From: Candidatus Levyibacteriota bacterium
GTDB taxonomy: Bacteria > Patescibacteriota > Microgenomatia > Levybacterales > GWA1-39-11
DNA length: 54,423 nt
Direction of reading: 5' to 3'
NCBI GenBank assembly: GCA_030645455.1
Contig: JAUSNA010000018.1
Span: 1 to 54,423 of the forward strand
Made by a program: the position numbers and the translations under genes. Under the pieces are notes generated by a model. It ran no database searches, was not told the origin of the DNA, and saw only the letters and a program-made list of their open reading frames with translations. Shown here piece after piece: positions 34,275 to 42,041 of the stretch (position 1 is the first letter of the stretch; each line of letters starts with the position of its first letter).

Positions 34275-35951
34275 CTACACCTCAATAACAATTGGAATAA
34301 CTAGGGGTTCTCTTTTCATGCGGTACAAAATGTTTTCTGCTGCTCTTTGAATTGATTTTCTGTGTACCGCAAAGTTAGTTGCCTTCGTATCTTTTTGCCC
34401 AAAGGATCTCTTCAATTCATCTGATAATTTCTTGGAGAAAGCCTCTTTTTCAGGGAAAGCAACACCCCGGACAATTATATCCGGCTCATTTAATACCTTT
34501 CCTGTTTCTCCCTGTACCTCGACCATCACGATCATAATTCCCTCTTTTATAATTTTTTGCCTGTCCAAAAGTACATATTTTTCCATTTCCTCACCCGTTA
34601 TCTCATCAACATATACAGTTGCCAATGGCACCTTAGCACCATATCTAAAAGAATTGGGAGTAAAAATAACTTCTTGACCGTATTCCGGAATAACAATATC
34701 CCGCTCATGCATACCCAATTCCGTCATAAGCCCCCTAAATGCAAGCATGTGTCTGAAATTTCCGCCTATCGGAAAAGCAAATTTTGGCTGTGTCAAAGTC
34801 GCCAAAAGTTTTATATCATTTTGCGCACCGTGTCCCGATACGTGGAATTCATCCGTCATGTCACTATGTATAACCTTTGCTCCTTTTTTAGAAAGGGTAT
34901 CTATTAGGTTATAAATATTTACCTCATTCCCCGGAATTGGATCTGCAGAGAAAATCACCGTATCATTTTTATCAATTCTAAGATCCTTGTGGTCATCATT
35001 TGCAACACGCACTAGAGCCGATTCTTCCTGAGCTTGGCTTCCGGGAATAAGTATCATAACTTTTGTCGGATCCATTCCCATTACCTGCTGGGGTTTTACT
35101 TCCATATTTGGCGGCAATTTCATATATCCCAATTGCCGTCCGATATCCCGGGCTTTTATAAAAGACCTGCCGATAAAACAGATTTTTTTATTGAATTTTA
35201 ATGCAACCTCTATCGCCTGGTTCATCCTCGAAAGGTTGGAAGAGTAGGTTGATACATAAATTCTACCTTTTGCGCGTCTGAATTCCGATTCAAAACTATC
35301 TGAAATTTTCCGCTCGGACTTTGAATGACCTTCACGCTCGGCACCCAAGCAGTCTGAAAGCATACACAATACTCCTTCACGTGCCGTATCGGCTATACCA
35401 TGGATGTCGGAAGGTTTGTCGTCAGGGGGAGTAAGATCAAATTTATAATCACTTCCATGATAGAAATTCCCTACAGGACTTTTTATAAAAATATTTGAAG
35501 TATCCATAACAGAGTGGGTAATATGCAAAAAACGGACTTTAAAACTTCCTAGCACTATTTCCTTTTTGAATTCAACGTCGTTGACTCTTCTATTGAGTCC
35601 AAAATCCCTTAATTTCTCGTTGGTAAAAGCAGCCGTCAATGCCGTTGCGTAGATAGGAAATTCGGGCAATTGGTCAAGAACAAATGGTACTCCTCCGATA
35701 TGATCCTCGTGTCCGTGTGTCAAAAGGAGCCCTACAATTCTTTTCCCTTGTGTTACTAATTTCTTAAGGTGGGTGATATCTGGTATCAGAAAATCAACGC
35801 CCGGAGTCGAAGCATCGGGAAATCCCATTCCGCAATCAACTATAAGAATATCGTTCCCATAAATATAGAGGTACATATTTTTGGTAACGTTTCCAATGCC
35901 ACCTAAAGGAATGAGAGTTAATGAATTCTGGGGATTTATAATATTATCCAT
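34275..35951 (-). CDS. rnj: ribonuclease J
   Basis: 558 aa. Metallo-beta-lactamase motif LTHGHEDHIGG, beta-CASP region, C-terminal domain. TATAAT (35964-35959) lies 7 nt upstream of the ATG. Confidence 0.92.
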   Translation of the reverse strand: MDNIINPQNSLTLIPLGGIGNVTKNMYLYIYGNDILIVDCGMGFPDASTPGVDFLIPDITHLKKLVTQGKRIVGLLLTHGHEDHIGGVPFVLDQLPEFPIYATALTAAFTNEKLRDFGLNRRVNDVEFKKEIVLGSFKVRFLHITHSVMDTSNIFIKSPVGNFYHGSDYKFDLTPPDDKPSDIHGIADTAREGVLCMLSDCLGAEREGHSKSERKISDSFESEFRRAKGRIYVSTYSSNLSRMNQAIEVALKFNKKICFIGRSFIKARDIGRQLGYMKLPPNMEVKPQQVMGMDPTKVMILIPGSQAQEESALVRVANDDHKDLRIDKNDTVIFSADPIPGNEVNIYNLIDTLSKKGAKVIHSDMTDEFHVSGHGAQNDIKLLATLTQPKFAFPIGGNFRHMLAFRGLMTELGMHERDIVIPEYGQEVIFTPNSFRYGAKVPLATVYVDEITGEEMEKYVLLDRQKIIKEGIMIVMVEVQGETGKVLNEPDIIVRGVAFPEKEAFSKKLSDELKRSFGQKDTKATNFAVHRKSIQRAAENILYRMKREPLVIPIVIEV

Positions 35952-36014
35952 TGTGCCAATTATAACGCATAAAACGAAAAATGAAATTCTTTTTTAATTT
36001 CAGTAAAAAACACC

Positions 36015-37124
36015 CTACCACGCGGAGATAAATGATTTAATATTTTCATTTGTAACAACAAATTTTTGTCCTTGGGGAATTTTTCCCAACATCATGTAAT
36101 ATACTGTTTTTCTCACAATTCCCTGAAGTACCCGCTGAAGACCTCTGATTCCCGGATCGTACCCGAGGGGTCTGACAATAGCCTCAGGCCATACGTCATC
36201 CGCAATCGCAAAATCATTTGCTGTTAACCCCGCCTCCTTCATAGCATGTGGGAGTACATACGTTTTACCAATAACCGTCTTTTCCTCATCGGTGTAAGAG
36301 GGCATTTGTATGATTTCAAGCCTATCAACAACTGCTGTTGAAATATCTTTTGTGTTATTACTCGTTGCGATAAATAGAACCTGAGAAAGGTCTACCGGAA
36401 AATCAATAAAATGATCAGTAAAAGCCTTATTTTGCATCGGGTCAAGAAGTTCAACTAAAACCCCCATTATGTCTGCTCTGCCCTCTGTTGAAACCCTGTC
36501 AATCTCATCAAGCAAAATAACCGGGTTCGATGTACCAGCGCGTCTTAGCGCTTTTATTACATATCCCGGCTCGCTATCAGAATAAAGCCTGGACTTTCCC
36601 CGAAGCTGGGCGGCACTCCCCATGCCCCCAAATGGAATACGCTCAATTTTGCGCCCTAAAGCCTCCGCGATTGAATACGCAATTGTCGTTTTTCCAACTC
36701 CGGCAAGACCAACTAGCGACAAAATCGGCGCCCGGGCGGTAATTCCACTTCCAGCAACACCAGCCCGTTGTCTGGTTAAGATCATGACCGATAAGAATTC
36801 CAAAATTTGCTCCTTGACGACACCAAGACCATAATGATTTGCATCCAAAACTTTTTTTGCGTGAGCAAGGTCCAAAATATCTTGAGACGGCCTATTCCAA
36901 GGAAGAGCTGTTATCCATGTTATGTAGCGGGAAATAATGTCATACTCCGTGTAAAAAGAGGGCTGATCACGGACAATCTTGAGCCTAGCAACCATAGCTT
37001 TTGCAGATTGCGCAAGTTCCTCGGGAAGTTTCGCCGCAAGAATAAGATCATCGAGCTTTTTTATTTGGCTGGAAGAATCCGAAACTTGTTCGGGCACGCC
37101 AGGTGGAGTTTGGGCAGTATCCAT
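36015..37124 (-). CDS. Lon-type AAA+ ATPase module without LAN N-domain and without S16 protease domain
   Basis: 369 aa. LPWNRPS...DANHYGLGVVKEQILEFLSV, Walker A GLAGVGKTT, Walker B ILLDEIDRV, LRGKSRLY (the Lon RGHRRTY position), VELLDPMQNKAFTDHF. The protein ends ~25 aa after the AAA+ lid, with no Ser-Lys dyad region. Confidence 0.8.
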   Translation of the reverse strand: MDTAQTPPGVPEQVSDSSSQIKKLDDLILAAKLPEELAQSAKAMVARLKIVRDQPSFYTEYDIISRYITWITALPWNRPSQDILDLAHAKKVLDANHYGLGVVKEQILEFLSVMILTRQRAGVAGSGITARAPILSLVGLAGVGKTTIAYSIAEALGRKIERIPFGGMGSAAQLRGKSRLYSDSEPGYVIKALRRAGTSNPVILLDEIDRVSTEGRADIMGVLVELLDPMQNKAFTDHFIDFPVDLSQVLFIATSNNTKDISTAVVDRLEIIQMPSYTDEEKTVIGKTYVLPHAMKEAGLTANDFAIADDVWPEAIVRPLGYDPGIRGLQRVLQGIVRKTVYYMMLGKIPQGQKFVVTNENIKSFISAW

Positions 37125-37132
37125 ATATATCT

Positions 37133-37141
37133 AGTATAGCA
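37133..37141 (-). promoter_or_regulatory. extended -10 element 8 nt upstream of the Lon-like gene start (leaderless candidate)
   Basis: The minus strand reads TGcTATACT (37141-37133), then AGATATAT, then ATG 37124. Confidence 0.35.
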
Positions 37142-37275
37142 AACCAGAGGTAGTATAATGACTCTTAAATGCCGCTCCGGACAAAATAAAAGAATTTAAC
37201 GAAAAATTTAACAGGGTAATGGAAAAAGCGTGCGAACTAATTTAGTCTCTCCAATCGTCGCTTTTGCTAAACAGT

Positions 37276-37851
37276 TTATGTTTTATAATAAATCTCTCTT
37301 AACCGTTGCCTGTCATCATTATTTACATCGGATACAATGGGCACGTCAACTGGCATAACCAGCCCAAATTTTATTGCACTGAATTCTTTGTCATTTTCTA
37401 CCTGCCTAATATTGTCAATCCTTATTCCCCCACCATTGTCCATATCAAAGATAAAGTCTTGGGTTAGTTTATGTAACCCGCTGTCGGGTACAACAAATAC
37501 CCATGGAACTTCTGTGTCACCATAATAGGACTTTCCTATTCCTCGACCACCAAGAGAAATCTCTACAAATTTTTTGTCATATATCTGTGAGCTAACGAAA
37601 ATTTCAGTAGGTCCGAAAAGATGATAACCTTCGCGTATTCGCATTATTAAATCTCTAACGATGGATAAATTGTCCTGTAATTCTTGATTGCTATGGTCGA
37701 TAGCTCGAGTAGCAAGTTCAAGTCTTATTTCGGAGGCAATATTCTTCGGATACTCGGTTCTTCCTTTTGCAAAAACTTCAAACACAGAAGGTGCGGGTTG
37801 TTTTGATTCATGGGGCTGCACTGAACTTTCTAAAGAGGTGTCATCAGGCAT
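37276..37851 (-). CDS. hypothetical protein (191 aa)
   Basis: Long ORF between pnp and the Lon-like gene. No motif recognised. Confidence 0.6.
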   Translation of the reverse strand: MPDDTSLESSVQPHESKQPAPSVFEVFAKGRTEYPKNIASEIRLELATRAIDHSNQELQDNLSIVRDLIMRIREGYHLFGPTEIFVSSQIYDKKFVEISLGGRGIGKSYYGDTEVPWVFVVPDSGLHKLTQDFIFDMDNGGGIRIDNIRQVENDKEFSAIKFGLVMPVDVPIVSDVNNDDRQRLREIYYKT

Positions 37852-37907
37852 GGATTTAATATAAATTAAACGTATTACTATTGCAAGAAATTTAAAACCT
37901 GGGAATT

Positions 37908-37937
37908 CTATTACCTATTCACTAATTACTATTACCT
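37908..37937 (-). repeat. copy 1 of a ~30-nt stop-codon-rich intergenic element (AGGTAATAGTAATTAGTGAATAGGTAATAG)
   Basis: 27/30 identical to 50329-50358 (plus strand). It lies just downstream of the pnp stop. Confidence 0.6.
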
Positions 37938-37941
37938 AAAC

Positions 37942-40317
37942 CTAGCCTCTCCACTCTTCTCTTTTTCCTCCCTGATAGGTAGGTTTTTTGTCAGAAGTGC
38001 TACTTGTACGTCTTCCACCTGAAAAACTTCTAGATGGCCCACTGCTCCTGCTACCTGTACCGCCGCCAAAATCACGTCTTGGTCCACTTCGAAAACCTCC
38101 TCCACCGGCACCTCCGCGTGGTGGTCCTCCACGGAATCCTCCGCCTGATCCTCCTCTTGGCCCACGATCTCCACCCCTGTCTCCACCATCACCGCTTCCT
38201 TCAGGTCTCTTTGATGGTTTATCAGCGTCTTCTCCAAATTTCATGGAAAGATTGATTCTTCCCATATCATCAATTTCTTTAACCCTAACCTTTACTTTTT
38301 GCCCCAACTTAACAACGTCTGCCGGATCCTGAACATAATCAGTCGACATTTCGGATACATGAACAAGTCCTTCTTTACCCGGTAAAATTTCGACAAATGC
38401 TCCAAAATTCATCATTCTTTTTACAGTTCCCTCGTATACCTCACCAGGCTCTACATCATGAGTCAAGCCTTCAACCCATTCAACTGCTTTTTTGACTGCT
38501 TCTTCATCAACCGCTGAAATGCTGACAGATCCATCGTCTTCGATATCAACCTGAGCACCGGTTGTAGCAATAATGTTCTTGATGACTTTTCCGCCTGATC
38601 CAATCACTCCTCCAATTTTTTCAGGATCAATTTTAATCATCTTGATCTTTGGTGCGTATACACTTACATCGGATCTGTTCTCGGGAAGTGCTTTGAGCAT
38701 TACATCAAGTATTTGAAGACGAGCCTTCTTTGCTCTATCAAATACTTCAGCAATCATGTCATCCGTCAGCGCATCAACTTTTACGTCTAATTGAATTGCA
38801 GTAATTCCGTCTTTTGTTCCGGCTACTTTAAAGTCCATATCTCCTGCAAAATCTTCCATTCCGATAATATCGGTCAAAATTTTGTATTTATCACCCAAAG
38901 TCATGAGCCCTATTGCAATTCCTGCAACTGGAGCCTTGATTGGGACACCTGCATCCATAAGAGCAAGAGTTGATCCGCATGTTGAAGCCATTGATGTTGA
39001 TCCGTTTGAACTTAATACTTCTGAAACAACTCTAATTGCATAGGGGAATTCTTCTTCAGTTGGCAATACCGCTTCAATTGCGCGCTCGGCAAGCGCTCCA
39101 TGACCGATTTCCCGTCTTGAGGGACTTCCGATTCTACCAGTCTCTCCAACTGAAAATGGAGGAAATGTGTAATGATGCATATAACGCTTGGTTTCCTCAC
39201 CACCAAGTGTCTCAATAAGTTGTCCAAATGAGCTTGAAGCAAGTGTTGCGATTGAAAGTACCTGGGTCTGTCCTCTTGAGAAAAGAGCCGATCCATGAAC
39301 TCTGGGAATAAAACTTACTTGAGCTGAAAGATCCCGGATCTCATCAATTTTTCTACCGTCAAACCTTTTTTCTTTTTCAACGATATTTTCTCGGATAATT
39401 TTTTTGAAAACGTAGTCAACTGCTTCAAATATTTTCTTTTTGTCAACTGTTGCTCCTTCTTTTGCTGTTTTTGATTCAGCTTCAACTATAATATCGGCTA
39501 TCTTCATAAGATCCCCAGATACATTTTCTCCAAGCTCTCCTTCAAGAACTTCAACAACATTTTTCTTGTAGGACTTTTCGACAAGATCAACGTATTTCTG
39601 CTTTTCTTCATCCTTAGTAAGCTCAATTTTTGTCTCGCCAATTTCTTTTACCAAATCATTAATAAATTTAACAATTGTGGCATTGGTATCTTTTGCTAGT
39701 TTGACTGCCTTAAGAGCAACGTCTTCACCAACTTGGCTTGCACCCGCTTCAACCATAACGGTATTTCCATTATTTGAAGCTGTCAAAACGAAATCTAAGT
39801 CAATAGCAATTGTTGAATCGGGATTAACAGCTAATTCTTTTGTGTCAGAAATAACGCCAACCCTTGTTGCAGCAACCGGTCCGTTCCATGGAATTTTTGA
39901 TATAGCAATCGCTGCACTAACTGCATTTATAGATAATATGTCAGGATCATTAACACCATCAACCGATAGGACATTAATAATAACCTGAACGTCTTTCTTA
40001 AGTTCTTTTGGAAATAGGGGACGGATAGAACGGTCAATAAGTCTTCCTGTAAGAACGGCGTCATCGGATGGTCGTCCTTCTCTTTTAACCCATCGTGATC
40101 CTTTTATTTTTCCGCCTGCATATAGATGCTCAACGTATTCAACTGAAAGAGGGAAATAATCAAGTGTGGTGTCATTCCTTCCCATCGTAACTGTTGCAAG
40201 TACGACAGTTTCACCCATTCGAGCAAGAACACTTGAGGTCGCAAGCGACGCGAGAGTCCCTGTCTCAAGAATGAGAGTTTTACCGTTAATGTCAAACGAC
40301 TTTGAAATTTTTTTCAT
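37942..40317 (-). CDS. pnp: polyribonucleotide nucleotidyltransferase (PNPase) with ~95-aa RGG/Gly-Arg-rich C-terminal tail
   Basis: 791 aa. Two RNase PH domains, KH domain, S1 domain (FGAFVEILPGKEGLVHVSE), then the tail GDGGDRGGDRGPRGGSGGGFRGGPPRGGAGGGGFRSGPRRDFGGG... Confidence 0.95.
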   Translation of the reverse strand: MKKISKSFDINGKTLILETGTLASLATSSVLARMGETVVLATVTMGRNDTTLDYFPLSVEYVEHLYAGGKIKGSRWVKREGRPSDDAVLTGRLIDRSIRPLFPKELKKDVQVIINVLSVDGVNDPDILSINAVSAAIAISKIPWNGPVAATRVGVISDTKELAVNPDSTIAIDLDFVLTASNNGNTVMVEAGASQVGEDVALKAVKLAKDTNATIVKFINDLVKEIGETKIELTKDEEKQKYVDLVEKSYKKNVVEVLEGELGENVSGDLMKIADIIVEAESKTAKEGATVDKKKIFEAVDYVFKKIIRENIVEKEKRFDGRKIDEIRDLSAQVSFIPRVHGSALFSRGQTQVLSIATLASSSFGQLIETLGGEETKRYMHHYTFPPFSVGETGRIGSPSRREIGHGALAERAIEAVLPTEEEFPYAIRVVSEVLSSNGSTSMASTCGSTLALMDAGVPIKAPVAGIAIGLMTLGDKYKILTDIIGMEDFAGDMDFKVAGTKDGITAIQLDVKVDALTDDMIAEVFDRAKKARLQILDVMLKALPENRSDVSVYAPKIKMIKIDPEKIGGVIGSGGKVIKNIIATTGAQVDIEDDGSVSISAVDEEAVKKAVEWVEGLTHDVEPGEVYEGTVKRMMNFGAFVEILPGKEGLVHVSEMSTDYVQDPADVVKLGQKVKVRVKEIDDMGRINLSMKFGEDADKPSKRPEGSGDGGDRGGDRGPRGGSGGGFRGGPPRGGAGGGGFRSGPRRDFGGGTGSRSSGPSRSFSGGRRTSSTSDKKPTYQGGKREEWRG

Positions 40318-40375
40318 TTAATTTTTATTTTTGCTCCCCCGTACCACCAACAAGTTATTGTAGATTATAAAGGAA

Positions 40376-40645
40376 TTATTTAGCGAGGCCAACTTTCTGC
40401 CCGATGCCTTCGGCCCGGGTTTTATCAACTTTAATTAAAAAGTTAAAAAGCCTTCTTCTCTTTGATAACATATTTAAAAGTCCACGTCTACTATGAAAAT
40501 CTTTTTGATGGATTTTTAGATGATCTGTTAATTTTTGTATTTTGTGAGTAAGAAGAGCAATCTGCACTTCAGGTGATCCGGTGTCTCCTTCAATAACAGC
40601 ATTGTCTTTAATAATAACTGTTTTTTCGTCGGTCGTTAATGGCAT
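40376..40645 (-). CDS. rpsO: 30S ribosomal protein S15
   Basis: 89 aa from M7 of the track ORF (MPLTTDEK...). HLKIHQKDFHSRRGLL signature. Confidence 0.95.
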   Translation of the reverse strand: MPLTTDEKTVIIKDNAVIEGDTGSPEVQIALLTHKIQKLTDHLKIHQKDFHSRRGLLNMLSKRRRLFNFLIKVDKTRAEGIGQKVGLAK

Positions 40646-40682
40646 AGATAGGTATTTTAACAAATCTGAGGCAAATTTACAA

Positions 40683-41987
40683 CTAATTGTTATTTTTGGA
40701 GCTTTTGAAGACTTTTGGCATCAGCCAGTCATCAGGAATATCCTCATTATTTTCTGGAACAAAAGGTTGATCTTCAGGCGTCTGCACATCTTCTATTGGC
40801 TGACTCATTTGTGGTTGATCCTCGATAATTTGAGCTTCCTGGACATCATCAATAGGCGATTGGAACTGAGCCTGCGGATTTTTTACTTCTTCCATAATTT
40901 TATTGCGGATATCATCAACATTTCTATTCTGCCCAAATTGTTGATTGGGACGGGGAGCATTACTTGAAACACTTCTATTAGGATTTGGCATACGCCTATT
41001 ATCATTGATTTGTCCTCTGTCCTGCTTGACCTGAGTATCGCCGTAAGGATTTTGGTTTTGAGTTTGGCTCTGTGATGGGTGAGGTTGCATATGCATTGCC
41101 GGAAAATCATTATCAGATACTCTTTGAGATGGTCTTGAACTTTGTGATCGTCCCTGATCACGGTTACCTCTGTTCTGCCCCTGATCACGACCTAAACGTT
41201 CTTGAGCTTGTCTAGCATTGGAACCTCCAAGCCCTTGTTCCCGATGAGATTCTTCTTTTCTCTTAGCACCTTGGTACATTGCAGCTGATGCTGCTTCAAA
41301 AGCTAATGGTGAGGTATTACTTCTTGTGAAATTTCTGGTTGCATAAAGGACCCCATCTAAAATATTCTGTGCTATATCAACGTCCATCGGAAGACTTATA
41401 TCTTTTATAATTTTACCTACGACCTCCGAAAGTGATGAAAAACTTTCCTCAACCAAAACGACATCTCCAAATCTGGTATTGCCTTGATAATTATCGATAT
41501 TTATCACTTTTAAAGTAGACGGATCTGCAACAGCTGACAATTCATCAATTGTGCCTACCCCAACTGTGATAACAACTTGAGGTGCACCACCCTCCCACAT
41601 GAGTTTTACATCGGAAAGCTCAAAAGGAGTAATACTTCGGTCTTGAGCTGCAGTTAGATGAAAATTAATAGTATTGGGAGCCTCAGTAAAAAGAACTTTT
41701 TCTACTTCACCTTTTATGTAGGGAAGTGCAACAACAAGCTTTTTTGTACTTCCTATAAAATTTTCCTTAACGCGGTCTACTCCTACTAAATTGCTCACTT
41801 CGACTGTCGGTTGTTTTTTGGAAATTATCTGTACTTTTTTGCCTGCCTGAGTGAGCGAAAGATACAAAGAAAGGGCTGCGGCATATGTATCGGTATTTTG
41901 ATGGCTTCCGATAAGAATGCCAAGCTCATTTTCCCGATCCAAAAAATCTCTTAAAAGCGTTAATTCTTGATTGATTGCCGGATTCAT
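40683..41987 (-). CDS. DHH-family (NrnA-like) protein with degenerate catalytic motifs and a ~190-aa Q/N/R/P-rich low-complexity C-terminus
   Basis: 434 aa. The fold-level pattern of NrnA is retained (ILIGSHQNTDTYAAALSL, INIDNYQGNTRFG, IAQNILDGVLYATRNFT). However DGD is replaced by DTY and DHH by DNY, and no GGGH/DHHA1 motif is present. The gene occupies the rbfA/nrnA/truB position of the nusA-infB operon. Confidence 0.6.
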   Translation of the reverse strand: MNPAINQELTLLRDFLDRENELGILIGSHQNTDTYAAALSLYLSLTQAGKKVQIISKKQPTVEVSNLVGVDRVKENFIGSTKKLVVALPYIKGEVEKVLFTEAPNTINFHLTAAQDRSITPFELSDVKLMWEGGAPQVVITVGVGTIDELSAVADPSTLKVINIDNYQGNTRFGDVVLVEESFSSLSEVVGKIIKDISLPMDVDIAQNILDGVLYATRNFTRSNTSPLAFEAASAAMYQGAKRKEESHREQGLGGSNARQAQERLGRDQGQNRGNRDQGRSQSSRPSQRVSDNDFPAMHMQPHPSQSQTQNQNPYGDTQVKQDRGQINDNRRMPNPNRSVSSNAPRPNQQFGQNRNVDDIRNKIMEEVKNPQAQFQSPIDDVQEAQIIEDQPQMSQPIEDVQTPEDQPFVPENNEDIPDDWLMPKVFKSSKNNN

Positions 41988-42041
41988 AAAAGTTTTTTGT
42001 TTTTTTGTGACTGATTTGAGCTCAAATGCTCTCGCACAAAG

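Noticed and set aside
37932-38332. Gly/Pro/Arg-rich ORFs on both strands (37988-38332 plus, 37932-38237 minus, 38034-38255 plus) at the 3' end of pnp
   Set aside because: They are artefacts of the GC-rich RGG-tail repeat of PNPase, which is open in several frames. The pnp frame is continuous with the S1 domain.
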